A stretch of 64,000 nt of DNA from Promethearchaeia archaeon. GTDB taxonomy: Archaea > Asgardarchaeota > Lokiarchaeia > Sigyniarchaeales > SOKP01. The stretch spans positions 32,001-96,000 of the forward strand of contig JAHQWG010000043.1 in the NCBI GenBank assembly GCA_029856045.1. The letters run 5' to 3'. A program made the position numbers and the translations under genes. The notes under the pieces are model-generated. The model had not been told where the DNA came from and did not search any database. It saw nothing but the letters and a program-made list of their open reading frames with translations. Shown here piece after piece: positions 20,772 through 30,423 of this stretch; the first letter of the stretch is position 1; every line of letters begins with the position of its first letter.

Positions 20772-21958
20772 TTTTTAGATACCTCCTTATTTTGTTGTGA
20801 GGGTATAACTTCAATAACGTTTTCCAAGAGATTTGATAAATCTATAACATTAATATCTTGGACAGTTTCTGTATCATTTTGAAGGCATCTAAAGTGAATT
20901 TCACATTTTGGACAAGTAGTGACTAAATTATCAGCAACATCTTTAGCTTCCAACATTCTATGATATCGAAGTGCTTTTGCTTTATCAGAACAATTTAGCC
21001 AACAACTTACTCCGCAACATAAAGAATTGGATTTATTGTGAACCATTTCATTATATACATAACCTACTTTTTCCAATTCTTTAAAAATATATCTTATTTT
21101 TTCATATATATTAAAAGATTTTGGTAAAAATCTACTTAATCTACATGGATCATGATAAGTTAATTTGAGTATTTTTGTGTTTTTCTTTTCCTTTTTAAAT
21201 TTAATTTTATTTTCCTTCAATTTCTCATAAAGATATTCAACAAGGTGTTTAACCTTAACATTAAAATTCTCAAACATCGAAGGATAATCAATTTTAAGAG
21301 TCCTATACCCTTCTGCACAAGAAGTTATTATTAAAGAAGCTCCACTTCTTTCAAAAGATTTAATATTATGGATTGCTAATTTTTTAAAAGCTTCGATTTT
21401 ACCTTGCCACAATAAATCATGACCACAACATTTTTCATCTTTCAACAAAACTATTGGTTCATTTTCAATTTTGCATAATATTTTTAAAGTATCTACAGCA
21501 TTATTCATTGACTCATCGAATTCATAACTAAAAAGGGGAGCACATCCTACAAAATATAAGATATTTCCCTTTTCTGATACCTCACACCCAGAAGGAACCC
21601 ACTCAAAAGTCTTTTCCGGAGTAATATTTTCTTTACTCATAATTTCCGAAAGAAGTGTATAGAATCCCTTATGAGCAATTTTAGGCATAATTCCGGCATC
21701 TAACATTTTATTTCTTGCATCACGTACTATTTCAGCAAAATTAACTTCATATGGACATTTTTCAAGGCAAGAATTGCAAGTTAAGCAATCCCAAAGCATT
21801 CCACTTTCAACAATTCGATCTTCAAAACCTTCAATGATCAGTTGTATTATCCTACTAGGAGTGTATTTTTGGATTCTTCCCATTTGGCAAATGCCACTAC
21901 ACATAGCACATTGATAGCAATTGTTAAGATATTCTCTTAATTTTCCTTTTATAATCAT
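20768..21958 (-). CDS. HdrD/GlpC-like Fe-S protein (HdrC-like N-terminus plus two CCG domains)
   Basis: CYQCAMCSGIC, CLTCNSCLEKCP, CCGH, YHDPC, CCGV, TCPKC. Confidence 0.88.
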   Translation of the reverse strand: MIIKGKLREYLNNCYQCAMCSGICQMGRIQKYTPSRIIQLIIEGFEDRIVESGMLWDCLTCNSCLEKCPYEVNFAEIVRDARNKMLDAGIMPKIAHKGFYTLLSEIMSKENITPEKTFEWVPSGCEVSEKGNILYFVGCAPLFSYEFDESMNNAVDTLKILCKIENEPIVLLKDEKCCGHDLLWQGKIEAFKKLAIHNIKSFERSGASLIITSCAEGYRTLKIDYPSMFENFNVKVKHLVEYLYEKLKENKIKFKKEKKNTKILKLTYHDPCRLSRFLPKSFNIYEKIRYIFKELEKVGYVYNEMVHNKSNSLCCGVSCWLNCSDKAKALRYHRMLEAKDVADNLVTTCPKCEIHFRCLQNDTETVQDINVIDLSNLLENVIEVIPSQQNKEVSKK

Positions 21959-21983
21959 AGAATTGTCAGAAATCTGAGTAATT

Positions 21984-23096
21984 TTAAAATTTAACTCCTA
22001 AGTTTTTTTGCGATAAATTATATCTATCTTCTTTATATTTTGAAAACTGAATTAATTTTTCTAACATTTTATCTCTTTTTCCTTCTAAATCCTCTAAAAC
22101 TTTTATATATCCCTCATTTATAGCGGATTTAACAATATTTGTTCCAAGTTTGGTTCTAGGTATAGTTGTTGTATATTTTTCAGGTGATGATAATCCACCA
22201 AATGAAATATCTGCATAAATATTAGTAAAATCATTACATGCATTACAAGCGGAACGAATATAATCTGATAATTCATTAAACGATATATGCTGAATAACTT
22301 CACTTCCTTTTAATTTTATTAACATATCTTCCTTAATATTTAATTTCTCAATCTCATCAATTTTTAAATTAAATTGAGTTTCAAATTTCTCTTTTTTATC
22401 TTTACCCATTGTAAAATTTCCATAACAAAATAATCCAAGAAGATATTTTATATTTTGAGAGGGGGTAACCCCCATTTCTTGCATGCATCTTATCGTATAA
22501 ATTTGGCAAGGCGTTCCTATAACAGCTAACTTTTTAAATTTATATCTATTTAATGCCATAATTGTAGGACTATAAGTACTAAAATTGGCAATTTCTGTTA
22601 CTTGTGAAGAAATATCAAAATGAGAACCTGCAGCTAAAATTAAATCATCTTTAGATTTTGCAATCATTGAATCTCTCGAAAATGGTCCCAACTTTTTTGA
22701 AACGATTGCTCCATCAATTAAATTATGTTCTAATAAATACAATAATATAGCAGATACTACTCCACCATCAGTTCCATTTTTTAAGAGATCTTTATCTAAC
22801 GCTTGAAATGAATATATCTTTTCATAATTGCCAAGTGGTTTGATATAATTATATTGATTATTTAAATCATTTTCTAATACTTTAGTTTGTGGACAAATAT
22901 GATAACATATTCCGCACTCTAAGCATTCATTTTCATTTATATATTGTGGTGGCAAATCTGGTTTAATAAAATCAATAATCTTATAATCAGCAGAACTACA
23001 AAAACTTACACACCCACCACATAATTGACAAATGCCTTTATCATGAACTTCTTTAATTAAATCTTTAAAATTTTTTATTGGTTTATCTTGACTCAT
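21984..23096 (-). CDS. FrhB/FpoF-like F420-dependent oxidoreductase subunit with 2[4Fe-4S] domain
   Basis: CQLCGGCVSFC, CLECGICYHICP, DGGVVS, GTPCQ, GLFC, CNACNDF, ADISFG. Confidence 0.88.
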   Translation of the reverse strand: MSQDKPIKNFKDLIKEVHDKGICQLCGGCVSFCSSADYKIIDFIKPDLPPQYINENECLECGICYHICPQTKVLENDLNNQYNYIKPLGNYEKIYSFQALDKDLLKNGTDGGVVSAILLYLLEHNLIDGAIVSKKLGPFSRDSMIAKSKDDLILAAGSHFDISSQVTEIANFSTYSPTIMALNRYKFKKLAVIGTPCQIYTIRCMQEMGVTPSQNIKYLLGLFCYGNFTMGKDKKEKFETQFNLKIDEIEKLNIKEDMLIKLKGSEVIQHISFNELSDYIRSACNACNDFTNIYADISFGGLSSPEKYTTTIPRTKLGTNIVKSAINEGYIKVLEDLEGKRDKMLEKLIQFSKYKEDRYNLSQKNLGVKF

Positions 23097-23113
23097 TTTT
23101 TAATAAAATTTTA

Positions 23114-24595
23114 TTATTTTTTTACATCGAATTCAATTTTTTTACATTTTGAATTTTTAATTCCTGAAATTTTCTTAACCAAACCGAATCCAGGTTTTAC
23201 TTCAGCTAAATCCTTAACTTCTACTAAATTGCCATTTATTAATTTATTAAATAAATCATTCCCAACTTTTGTTCTTGTAATAACTGAAGACCAGCCTGCA
23301 CTAGAACCTATTGAACCTACTGAAATATCTGCAAATTCGGACGTTAAATCACTACAATAATGGCATACATCTCTTGCTAAGGAAGTTACTTCTTTTAATG
23401 GAACTTTGGCTTCTTCTCCATTTTTATCTTTGATAATAAATTTTCCTCCACTAATGTCCATTTTTAAAATGTTCTCTAATTTCTTATTAAAAATTTCAGT
23501 GCTTATTTTGATAACATTATCATAGCTGAATGATTCCATGCAGAATAAACCAATAGTATATTTAATATTATTAAAAAAAGATGTTCCAATTGGATAAATA
23601 CTTCCTTTTTTGAGTGCTAACATCATACATGGAGTTCCAACGACTGCAATTTTATCAAATTTTTGTGCTTCATTCAAAATTGTTAAACTTGGAGAATTAG
23701 CATATTTTGTACCAGCGGTTTTATAAAGATCATCAACATTCTCAATTATAATAGGTTTTGGCCTCCAAATATCTTCAGAATGGGTTACTGCTATCGCAGC
23801 ATCAATTTCTTTTTCTTTTAGTAAATAATATAACAATGTTGTTATTATACCACCATCTTGGCATACTTCTTTAATTTCATCACTTTTTGTACTTGCAGTA
23901 TATGCATTTATATAATAATTACTTGCGGCACCATCCTTCAAATTAGGATTTAATTTATTTAAAACTGTAAAAATATGCTCAGATGGAAATGACCTCGGGC
24001 AAACAGAAAAACAAAGTCCGCATTTAATGCAAGTCTCAGAATCAATTTTAAGATCATCTGCAGTTACTGTTATTGAGCCAACTGGGCATATTGATGAACA
24101 ATAACCACAATTACAACAAAAATTATTCTCAAATACTAAAGACACTGGCTCAAAATAATTTTCTCGAAAAGAATTATCAAGGGATTTGGCTTGATATCGA
24201 ATAATTTCAATCTTAATTTCTTTATCTATCAAATTTCCCTCTTTATTTTTTACTTTTTTAATTTCTGTCTTTATTTCAATTAATTTTTCAACATAACCTT
24301 GTTGGGTTAAATATTCAACTGTTTGTACTAATTTTTTCTTATCATATTCCACTTTCTCCACTATTTCTTCAAGAGTAAGCAGAGGAAGCCCTATTAATTT
24401 TTTTAATATTAAATTTCTTTCTGTCTCAGCATCGAGAAGTGAATCTAAAATAAAATTAAAATCTTCCTCACTAAATCTTCCAAATTTTAAAATATCATCT
24501 TTTCCTTCATATAATGCACGAATTTGAAAATTACTTATAGCGTTATATGTAGATTCCATTAGATTTTTTAGATCAGTATTTTCTATAAGATTCAC
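23114..24595 (-). CDS. FrhB-like subunit with N-terminal helical/winged-helix extension and 2[4Fe-4S] domain
   Basis: CCNCGYCSSICP, CIKCGLCFSVCP, QDGG, AGTKY, GTPC, GLFCMESF, CHYCSD, ADISVG. Confidence 0.88.
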   Translation of the reverse strand: MNLIENTDLKNLMESTYNAISNFQIRALYEGKDDILKFGRFSEEDFNFILDSLLDAETERNLILKKLIGLPLLTLEEIVEKVEYDKKKLVQTVEYLTQQGYVEKLIEIKTEIKKVKNKEGNLIDKEIKIEIIRYQAKSLDNSFRENYFEPVSLVFENNFCCNCGYCSSICPVGSITVTADDLKIDSETCIKCGLCFSVCPRSFPSEHIFTVLNKLNPNLKDGAASNYYINAYTASTKSDEIKEVCQDGGIITTLLYYLLKEKEIDAAIAVTHSEDIWRPKPIIIENVDDLYKTAGTKYANSPSLTILNEAQKFDKIAVVGTPCMMLALKKGSIYPIGTSFFNNIKYTIGLFCMESFSYDNVIKISTEIFNKKLENILKMDISGGKFIIKDKNGEEAKVPLKEVTSLARDVCHYCSDLTSEFADISVGSIGSSAGWSSVITRTKVGNDLFNKLINGNLVEVKDLAEVKPGFGLVKKISGIKNSKCKKIEFDVKK

Positions 24596-24619
24596 CTTCC
24601 TAATTAAATTTTTTTTAAG

Positions 24620-24698
24620 CCCCCATATCCCTTGCAGGGATGTCCCAATAAAATTTCTTAATTTTAAGCTTTAATTTTAAAGATCATTCAAATGGGGG
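24620..24698 (-). ncRNA. Eukaryote-type (type II) SECIS element
   Basis: RNA reads CCCCCAU-UUGA-AUGAU-CUUUAAAAUU-AAA-G-CUUA-AAAU-UAAG-A-AAUUUUAUUG-GGAC-AUCCCUGCAAGGGAU-AUGGGGG. UGAU/GGAC core with tandem G.A pairs, 10-position helix II (two U.U), unpaired AAA, minihelix III, helix I CCCCCAU/AUGGGGG; directly 3' of two UGA-containing genes. Confidence 0.85.
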
Positions 24699-25155
24699 TT
24701 TTAGTTTTTAATTTTTTATCTGCATCTTTTATTTCTGCCTTAAAAACTGCTTGATCTGTTTTTAATGGGTTCAATCCCAATTTTTCTATTTTATTTACCA
24801 TATCTTCGACCGATTTTACAAATTTTACAGCTTCAGCTCCAGTGCAGTTATACATGTTTACTCGGTCTCCTCCCAAACCACGCCTATCTAGAATTCGCCT
24901 AACAAATTCGACATGTTTTGCAGCGATAAAGTTTCCAGTTTTAAATTCACATTGATTTTCTAGTCAGCCTACAACCATTACTCCATCGGCACCATTATTA
25001 ATTGCATAGATTAGGTGTTTTATATCAACTCTACCTGTACAGCGCAGACGAATAATTTTTACATTGGGACTATATTTCAATCTTGAAACACCAGCTAAAT
25101 CTGCAGCACTATAACCTCATTTATTACAAGCAAATGTAATGATATTCATTTTCAT
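24688..25155 (-). CDS. vhuD: Selenocysteine-containing MvhD/VhuD (155 aa, Sec13 and Sec64)
   Basis: MKMNIITFACNK-U-GYSAADLAG...RLRCTGRV...VVG-U-LENQC; TGA at 25119-25117 and 24966-24964 align to Cys in paralog 17180..17626. Confidence 0.92.
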
Positions 25156-25160
25156 ATATC

Positions 25161-25166
25161 TCACCT
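25161..25166 (-). promoter_or_regulatory. Shine-Dalgarno site of vhuD
   Basis: AGGTGA five bases upstream of the ATG at 25155. Confidence 0.65.
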
Positions 25167-25178
25167 GAATTTTTCGGT

Positions 25179-27122
25179 TTATGCATTTTCCTCCTTTACT
25201 AATGCTAAGACTTGATTAAATATTTGCTCATCTGTATAATATCTAATTTGTATTGCTTGAGTTGGACAACAAGTTGCACAGATTCCACATCCGTCACAAT
25301 TGATCTCATCGACCTCAGCAATTTTTCCTTCAGGTACAATAATAGCATTCTTTGGACAATTTTTTTCGCAGCGACAACAAGAAATACAATTTTCTTCATC
25401 AACAATCGCACATATTAATTCAAGCTCCGCTTCTCCCTTGGATGTTAATTCTGCAACCTTACTTGCGGTTGCTCTCGCTTGAGAAACCGAGTATGATATA
25501 TTTTTTGGTCCTTGCGCAAAACCACAAATATAAATCCCTAGATATTTTGTTTCTTGAGGACTTAAGCCAAAATGATGTTCAGTCAGGTATCCATTTGTAT
25601 CATAATCAATTCCAAGAACATCTGCTATTTGTTTCGTTCCTTTAGATGGTAATACTGCAGTTGATAAAACTACTAAGTCTGCATCAATTTTTATTATCTC
25701 ATCTGTTAATGAAGAATATACTCTTACCTTGAGATTTTTGGTTTCAGAATCCTCTATTAGTTCTGGAACTTTACCTCGAATAAAGTCAATACCTTTATCA
25801 CGAGTTCTCATATAGTATTCTTCAAAGTTCTTTTCAGATGCTCTTATATCAATGTAGCAGATGGTTATATGGCAATCAGGGATTTCTTCTTTAAGTAATT
25901 TAGCATTTTTTAAAGCGATCATGCAACACACACCAGAACAATACGCTCTTTCTGTATCTCTCGAGCCAACACATTGAATAAATAATATTTCTTTAGGTGT
26001 TTTTCCATCTGATGGTCTTTTTACATGGCCCATTGTTGGACCATTTGGTGCTAATATCCTTTCAAGCTGGATTTCGTTTATAACATTTTGATATTCTCCA
26101 TATCCATATTCTATAGGATTATATAAGTCCCAACCCGTTGCAACTATTATTGTACCCACTTCAATTTCGACATATTCAGGTTCTTGACTCAAATCAATTG
26201 CATGTGGCTCGCAAGCATCTACACAGGCATATCATTCAACGCAAGATTCTTTTTCAAGATCATAAACAAAAGGAATAGCTTGCCCAAAACATATATCGAT
26301 ACATTTTCTTGAACCTAAATTTTCTTGCCAATAATTTGGTATGTAAATTGGACATACTGGCGTACAATCTCCACAACCATTACACAAATCTTCTATAACA
26401 TATCTAGGTTTTTTCTTTATCGTAACTTCATAATTTCCAACATATCCTTCAACTTTATCAACTTCACTATAACTAATAATTTCAATATTTTCATTTCGAT
26501 TAGCTTCAAGCATTTTTGGACCAAGAATTCATATAGAACAATCATCAGTTGGAAATGTTCGATCTAACTGAGCCATTCTGCCCCCAATTGTAGTTTTACT
26601 CTCTATTAAATACACCCTTATTCCTTGATTTGCCAGATCTAATGCCGCATTTAATCCAGCGATTCCTCCACCAACTACCAAAGTAGCTTTTTTTATAGGA
26701 ATAATTTTTGTCGGTACTATTTCCAATCTTTTAGCCCTTTCATAACCTGCTCTGCTTAAAATCTTTGCTTTATTGGTTGCTGAAACTTCGTCTTCAGTAA
26801 TCCAAGAACATTGTTCTCTAATATTTACCATTTGAAAATAAAATTTACTAAGTCCTGCCCGTTCTAAAGACTCTCTATAAATCGGTTCATGAGTTCTAGG
26901 AGTTCAAGCTGCCGCTACAACCCGATTTATCTTTTTTTCTTTGATATCATCCATTATTAATTTCTGCCCTTGTTCAGTACATAAAAAACTAAAGATGCGA
27001 CTTGTTTCAATATTATCAAATTGTTTCATATACTCTGCAACTTCAGAACAATTAACTTTCGCAGAAATATTCAAGCCTCATTGACATGCATAATATCCAA
27101 TGCGTAAAATTTCTTTACTCAA
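25179..27122 (-). CDS. hdrA: Selenocysteine-containing HdrA (647 aa; Sec15, Sec73, Sec198, Sec297)
   Basis: Single frame from TTG 27122 to TAA 25179 with TGA at 27080, 26906, 26531 and 26234, in contexts CQ-U-GLNI, AA-U-TPRTHE, DDCSI-U-ILGPKM, CVE-U-YACVDAC; joins three ORF-track fragments without frameshift. Confidence 0.92.
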
Positions 27123-27315
27123 TTTTTTTTCACATCAACTCGTTTAATAATTTTTATTTTAAAATTTATACTATTAGATTAAAAAAATTCAAAATGCTCC
27201 AAATTAAAAAAATTTTTTATAATAATTTTCAGATTCAATAATTTTATATTTTGAAATTACCTTATTTAATAATTTTTATCTTAATGATTATATAAATTAT
27301 TCGATACTGACAGAA

Positions 27316-27779
27316 ATGGAAAATAAAATAATTAATTTTTACGAGAAACCTTAAGAAATTATTTTGAATTATACAATTTCGGTTATTATCCCCGATTTCC
27401 TAAATCTTTATATAAAATCATTTCCGAAATTGATAACTTCATTAATAATAATTTCGAAGACTAATAAAAAATCAAAAAAGAATTTTTAAATCCAAAAATA
27501 TATTTAAAAAAATGTATTATATTCCTAAATAAATTTAACAAAAAGAACAATACTTACAAAAGATAGACAATAGAACTATTAAGTAATTATTTCAATTCAT
27601 GTAATAGAGCAATTTTTAAAAGAGATGTGGTTAAACATTTGGGAGAAATTGATGATGAAAAAATTCTTAAGTATCTTTTAAAATATGTAGGAGATTATCA
27701 TAGTAAAGTCCGGCTTTTAATGACTAAAATGATAAAAAAAATTGAAGCAAGAATAGATAACAAACTCAATAATCAATAA
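27316..27779 (+). pseudogene. Degraded HEAT-repeat protein gene
   Basis: 3' part reads KRDVVKHLGEIDDEKILKYLLKYVGDYHSKVRLLMTKMIKKI (PBS-lyase HEAT pattern); the same frame has upstream TAA TAA and TAG stops and needs a frameshift to reach ATG 27316. Confidence 0.5.
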
Positions 27780-27912
27780 AATATCTTTTTTTTCCTCTGA
27801 TATTTTTCTAAAAAAAATGAATTGTTATTTAATTATAATAATTTTTTTTAAGGATTAAGGTTTTAAATAAGTATTTCTATTCAAATCTCAGTGTAAATAA
27901 AGGTTTTATAGA

Positions 27913-29406
27913 GTGAGTGAAGAAATAAATAAAGTAAAATCTGAATCTAAATATGAACATTCTTTTGAATATATAAGAAAAAAATTAGAAGGAAAAAAAG
28001 ATTCATTTGGAAAATTAGTAAAGGAAGTTATAAGAACAGGTGTTTGTACTCATTGTGGCACTTGTGCAGCGATTTGCAGTGCTCTTGAATGGGATCCAAT
28101 TTTAGAGGAACCAAAATTAATTGGAGTATGTTCTGGGTGTGGAATTTGTTATAATCAATGTCCAAGGACTATTACTAATCCCGAACAACTTGTTGGTCAT
28201 TTTAAAACAGGTTATGTTACAAAAAGTGGAATTCCTGAAGTTATTGGTGGTCAGGACGGAGGAACCGTTACGAGCTTATTATGTTATTTATTTGATGAAA
28301 ATTTAATTGATGGAGCAGTTGTTACTAAAAAAAATCCAAATAAACCATGGGTTCCGTTACCTCAACTTATTAATACAAAAGAAGAAGCTGTTGAAGCTGC
28401 TGGTTCTATTTATAGCCATTCACAAACAGTTGATTCTTTAATTGACGGGATTAGAAATAACATGGGCTCTATCGCATTTGTAGGAACTCCTTGCAACATA
28501 GATGCTGTGTTTAAAATGGAAAGTAGTCCACTTGGAATGTTAAAATATTTTATGAGAGCACATGTTTTTAAAATTGGATTATTTTGTATGGATTCATTTT
28601 CACATGAAGCATTATTACCATTTTTTGAGAAGGAGGGAATTAAATTAGCGGAAATAACAAAAATGGATATCAATAAAGGAAAATTTTATCTTTACAGAGG
28701 AGATACAGAAGTAAAATCCTATAAAATAAGGGAATTAGATAAATTTAAATCATCAAGTTGCAATTTTTGCACAGATTTAACTTCAGAAAATGCTGATATC
28801 TCGGTGGGTTCTGTTGGAAGTGGCCCGAAGAAAAACACAGTTTTAGCACGATCAGGTATAGGAGTAGAAATTATAGAGGATGCTATAAAAAAGGGATATT
28901 TATGTTCTGAACCATTTTCAGTGGAAAATTTAAATTCTGTCTTGTTCTTAGCAAGATTAAAGAAAGTATCTCAATATACAGTTCTTAAAAGGAAGGTTTT
29001 TATAGTTAAAGATATAGATAAAAAAGAACCATTTAAACAATCACCAGAATTGAAAGAGCAAGCTGAGATCGCAACGCCGTTTGGAACAAGAAAAATTTTA
29101 AAGGTTACTCAAAAACTGAATGAAAGTCAAACGGCTACTGCAATTACAATAGAAAATGTTATTGGATATCTTCTTGAAAATTTACAAATTAGGGTTGCTT
29201 TTGTGGAAGAACTATTTGAAAAACGACCGTGGACTACAACAATAAAAGAAATTTTTCCTTTTGAATCTATTCAGATTAATTATCCATTAGAAATTAAAGA
29301 TGGAGAACACGATCTTGGAGAAATAATTATAGATATTTCTGATTCACATAGAAAACTCTTTTTTAAGAAATATTCTCTTAAACCAAAAGAAAAAAAATCA
29401 AAATAA
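27913..29406 (+). CDS. FrhB-like F420 oxidoreductase with C-terminal Ig-like module
   Basis: CTHCGTCAAIC, CSGCGICYNQCP, QDGG, GTPC, GLFCMDSF, CNFCTD, ADISVG; about 140 extra C-terminal residues. Confidence 0.85.
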   Translation: MSEEINKVKSESKYEHSFEYIRKKLEGKKDSFGKLVKEVIRTGVCTHCGTCAAICSALEWDPILEEPKLIGVCSGCGICYNQCPRTITNPEQLVGHFKTGYVTKSGIPEVIGGQDGGTVTSLLCYLFDENLIDGAVVTKKNPNKPWVPLPQLINTKEEAVEAAGSIYSHSQTVDSLIDGIRNNMGSIAFVGTPCNIDAVFKMESSPLGMLKYFMRAHVFKIGLFCMDSFSHEALLPFFEKEGIKLAEITKMDINKGKFYLYRGDTEVKSYKIRELDKFKSSSCNFCTDLTSENADISVGSVGSGPKKNTVLARSGIGVEIIEDAIKKGYLCSEPFSVENLNSVLFLARLKKVSQYTVLKRKVFIVKDIDKKEPFKQSPELKEQAEIATPFGTRKILKVTQKLNESQTATAITIENVIGYLLENLQIRVAFVEELFEKRPWTTTIKEIFPFESIQINYPLEIKDGEHDLGEIIIDISDSHRKLFFKKYSLKPKEKKSK

Positions 29407-29484
29407 TAGATAAAAAAATTTTTCAACAAAATTTTTATTAAATCAAATTAAAAATTTAAATAAGAATAAACGAGATATAAAAAA

Positions 29485-30396
29485 ATGAAAATTAGTTTAA
29501 TAGGATTATCTGGTTGTGGAAAAACCTCTTTATATTCGGTAATATTCGCGGAAAAAACACCTGAAGAAACAAAGGGATTATCTCCAACGATACTCTATGA
29601 AACAAGAAGGCATCCCTTTTTAGGATTAGAAATATCAATTTTTGATTTTGGAGGTCAAGACCAATACATCAAAGAATATCTTGATAAGCCGAAAATATTC
29701 ATGGGCACGGATGTTCTCGTGCCTGTCGTAGATTTACACGATCCAAATTCTTTTGATAAATCAAAAAAGTATTTTGAAGATGTTTTAAAGTTATATAAAG
29801 ATAATTATCAGAAACCAAAAGTATGTCTATTTTATCATAAATATGATACTGAAGATTATCAAAAGGAACTTTTAGATACAAATATAATTAAAGCTAAAGA
29901 GTTTTTTTCGGACATGTTCAAAGATTATAACCCACAAACTTTCCTAACGAGTATCTATGATCAGCAAAATTTAACAAAGATTTTCAGAGATATATTAATG
30001 GGATCTTATTCAGAATTAAAGGGTCATATAGAAAAAGCGGAAAAGCACTTACAGGAGATAAATGCACGAATTATTATTTCCGATATATCAGGAAATGTTT
30101 TGGTTCATAATGTTCAAGGAGTTTCAAGCGGACTATCATTAAGGGCAGACTTAAGAGACTTTATCAGTTCTTGTAATGTAATTAGAGAGAATGTCTTTTT
30201 ATCTGATTCTGCAGAGTTTAAAGGAAATTCAGAAGAAGGTAAAGAGCTTCAACTATATATCTTTAAATACATATTGGCTGTTTTAATAATGAAATCGGAA
30301 AAGAAATTGGATCCTGAATCGAGTGAAAAGATAAGAGTTCTCCTCGAAGATATGAAATTATTTTCTGATATAATTGTTTCTATCCATTCTGAATAA
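29485..30396 (+). CDS. Rag/Gtr1-like small GTPase with C-terminal roadblock-like domain
   Basis: G1 GLSGCGKT, G2 SPTI, G3 DFGGQ, Rag-type G4 HKYD and G5 TSIYD; C-terminal IIISDISGNVL. Confidence 0.85.
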   Translation: MKISLIGLSGCGKTSLYSVIFAEKTPEETKGLSPTILYETRRHPFLGLEISIFDFGGQDQYIKEYLDKPKIFMGTDVLVPVVDLHDPNSFDKSKKYFEDVLKLYKDNYQKPKVCLFYHKYDTEDYQKELLDTNIIKAKEFFSDMFKDYNPQTFLTSIYDQQNLTKIFRDILMGSYSELKGHIEKAEKHLQEINARIIISDISGNVLVHNVQGVSSGLSLRADLRDFISSCNVIRENVFLSDSAEFKGNSEEGKELQLYIFKYILAVLIMKSEKKLDPESSEKIRVLLEDMKLFSDIIVSIHSE

Positions 30397-30423
30397 TTTT
30401 TTTAGAGCGATCAAACGATAAAA

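Noticed and set aside
24627-24641. GC hairpin as a methanococcal-type archaeal SECIS or an intrinsic terminator
   Set aside because: No GAA/A internal loop and no U-tract follows on the coding strand; better explained as an arm of the larger element
24661-24690. Terminal TGA of vhuD as a third Sec
   Set aside because: It lies inside the SECIS, aligns to no conserved Cys, and read-through would add only U-MIFKIKA
24688-27122. hdrA and vhuD as nonsense-mutated pseudogenes
   Set aside because: All six interruptions are TGA, all fall on Cys positions, there are no frameshifts, and a SECIS follows
24688-27122. Genome-wide UGA reassignment (Trp or Gly)
   Set aside because: TGA terminates ordinary genes at expected ends (31620, 33085, 58039) and the in-frame cases align to Cys only
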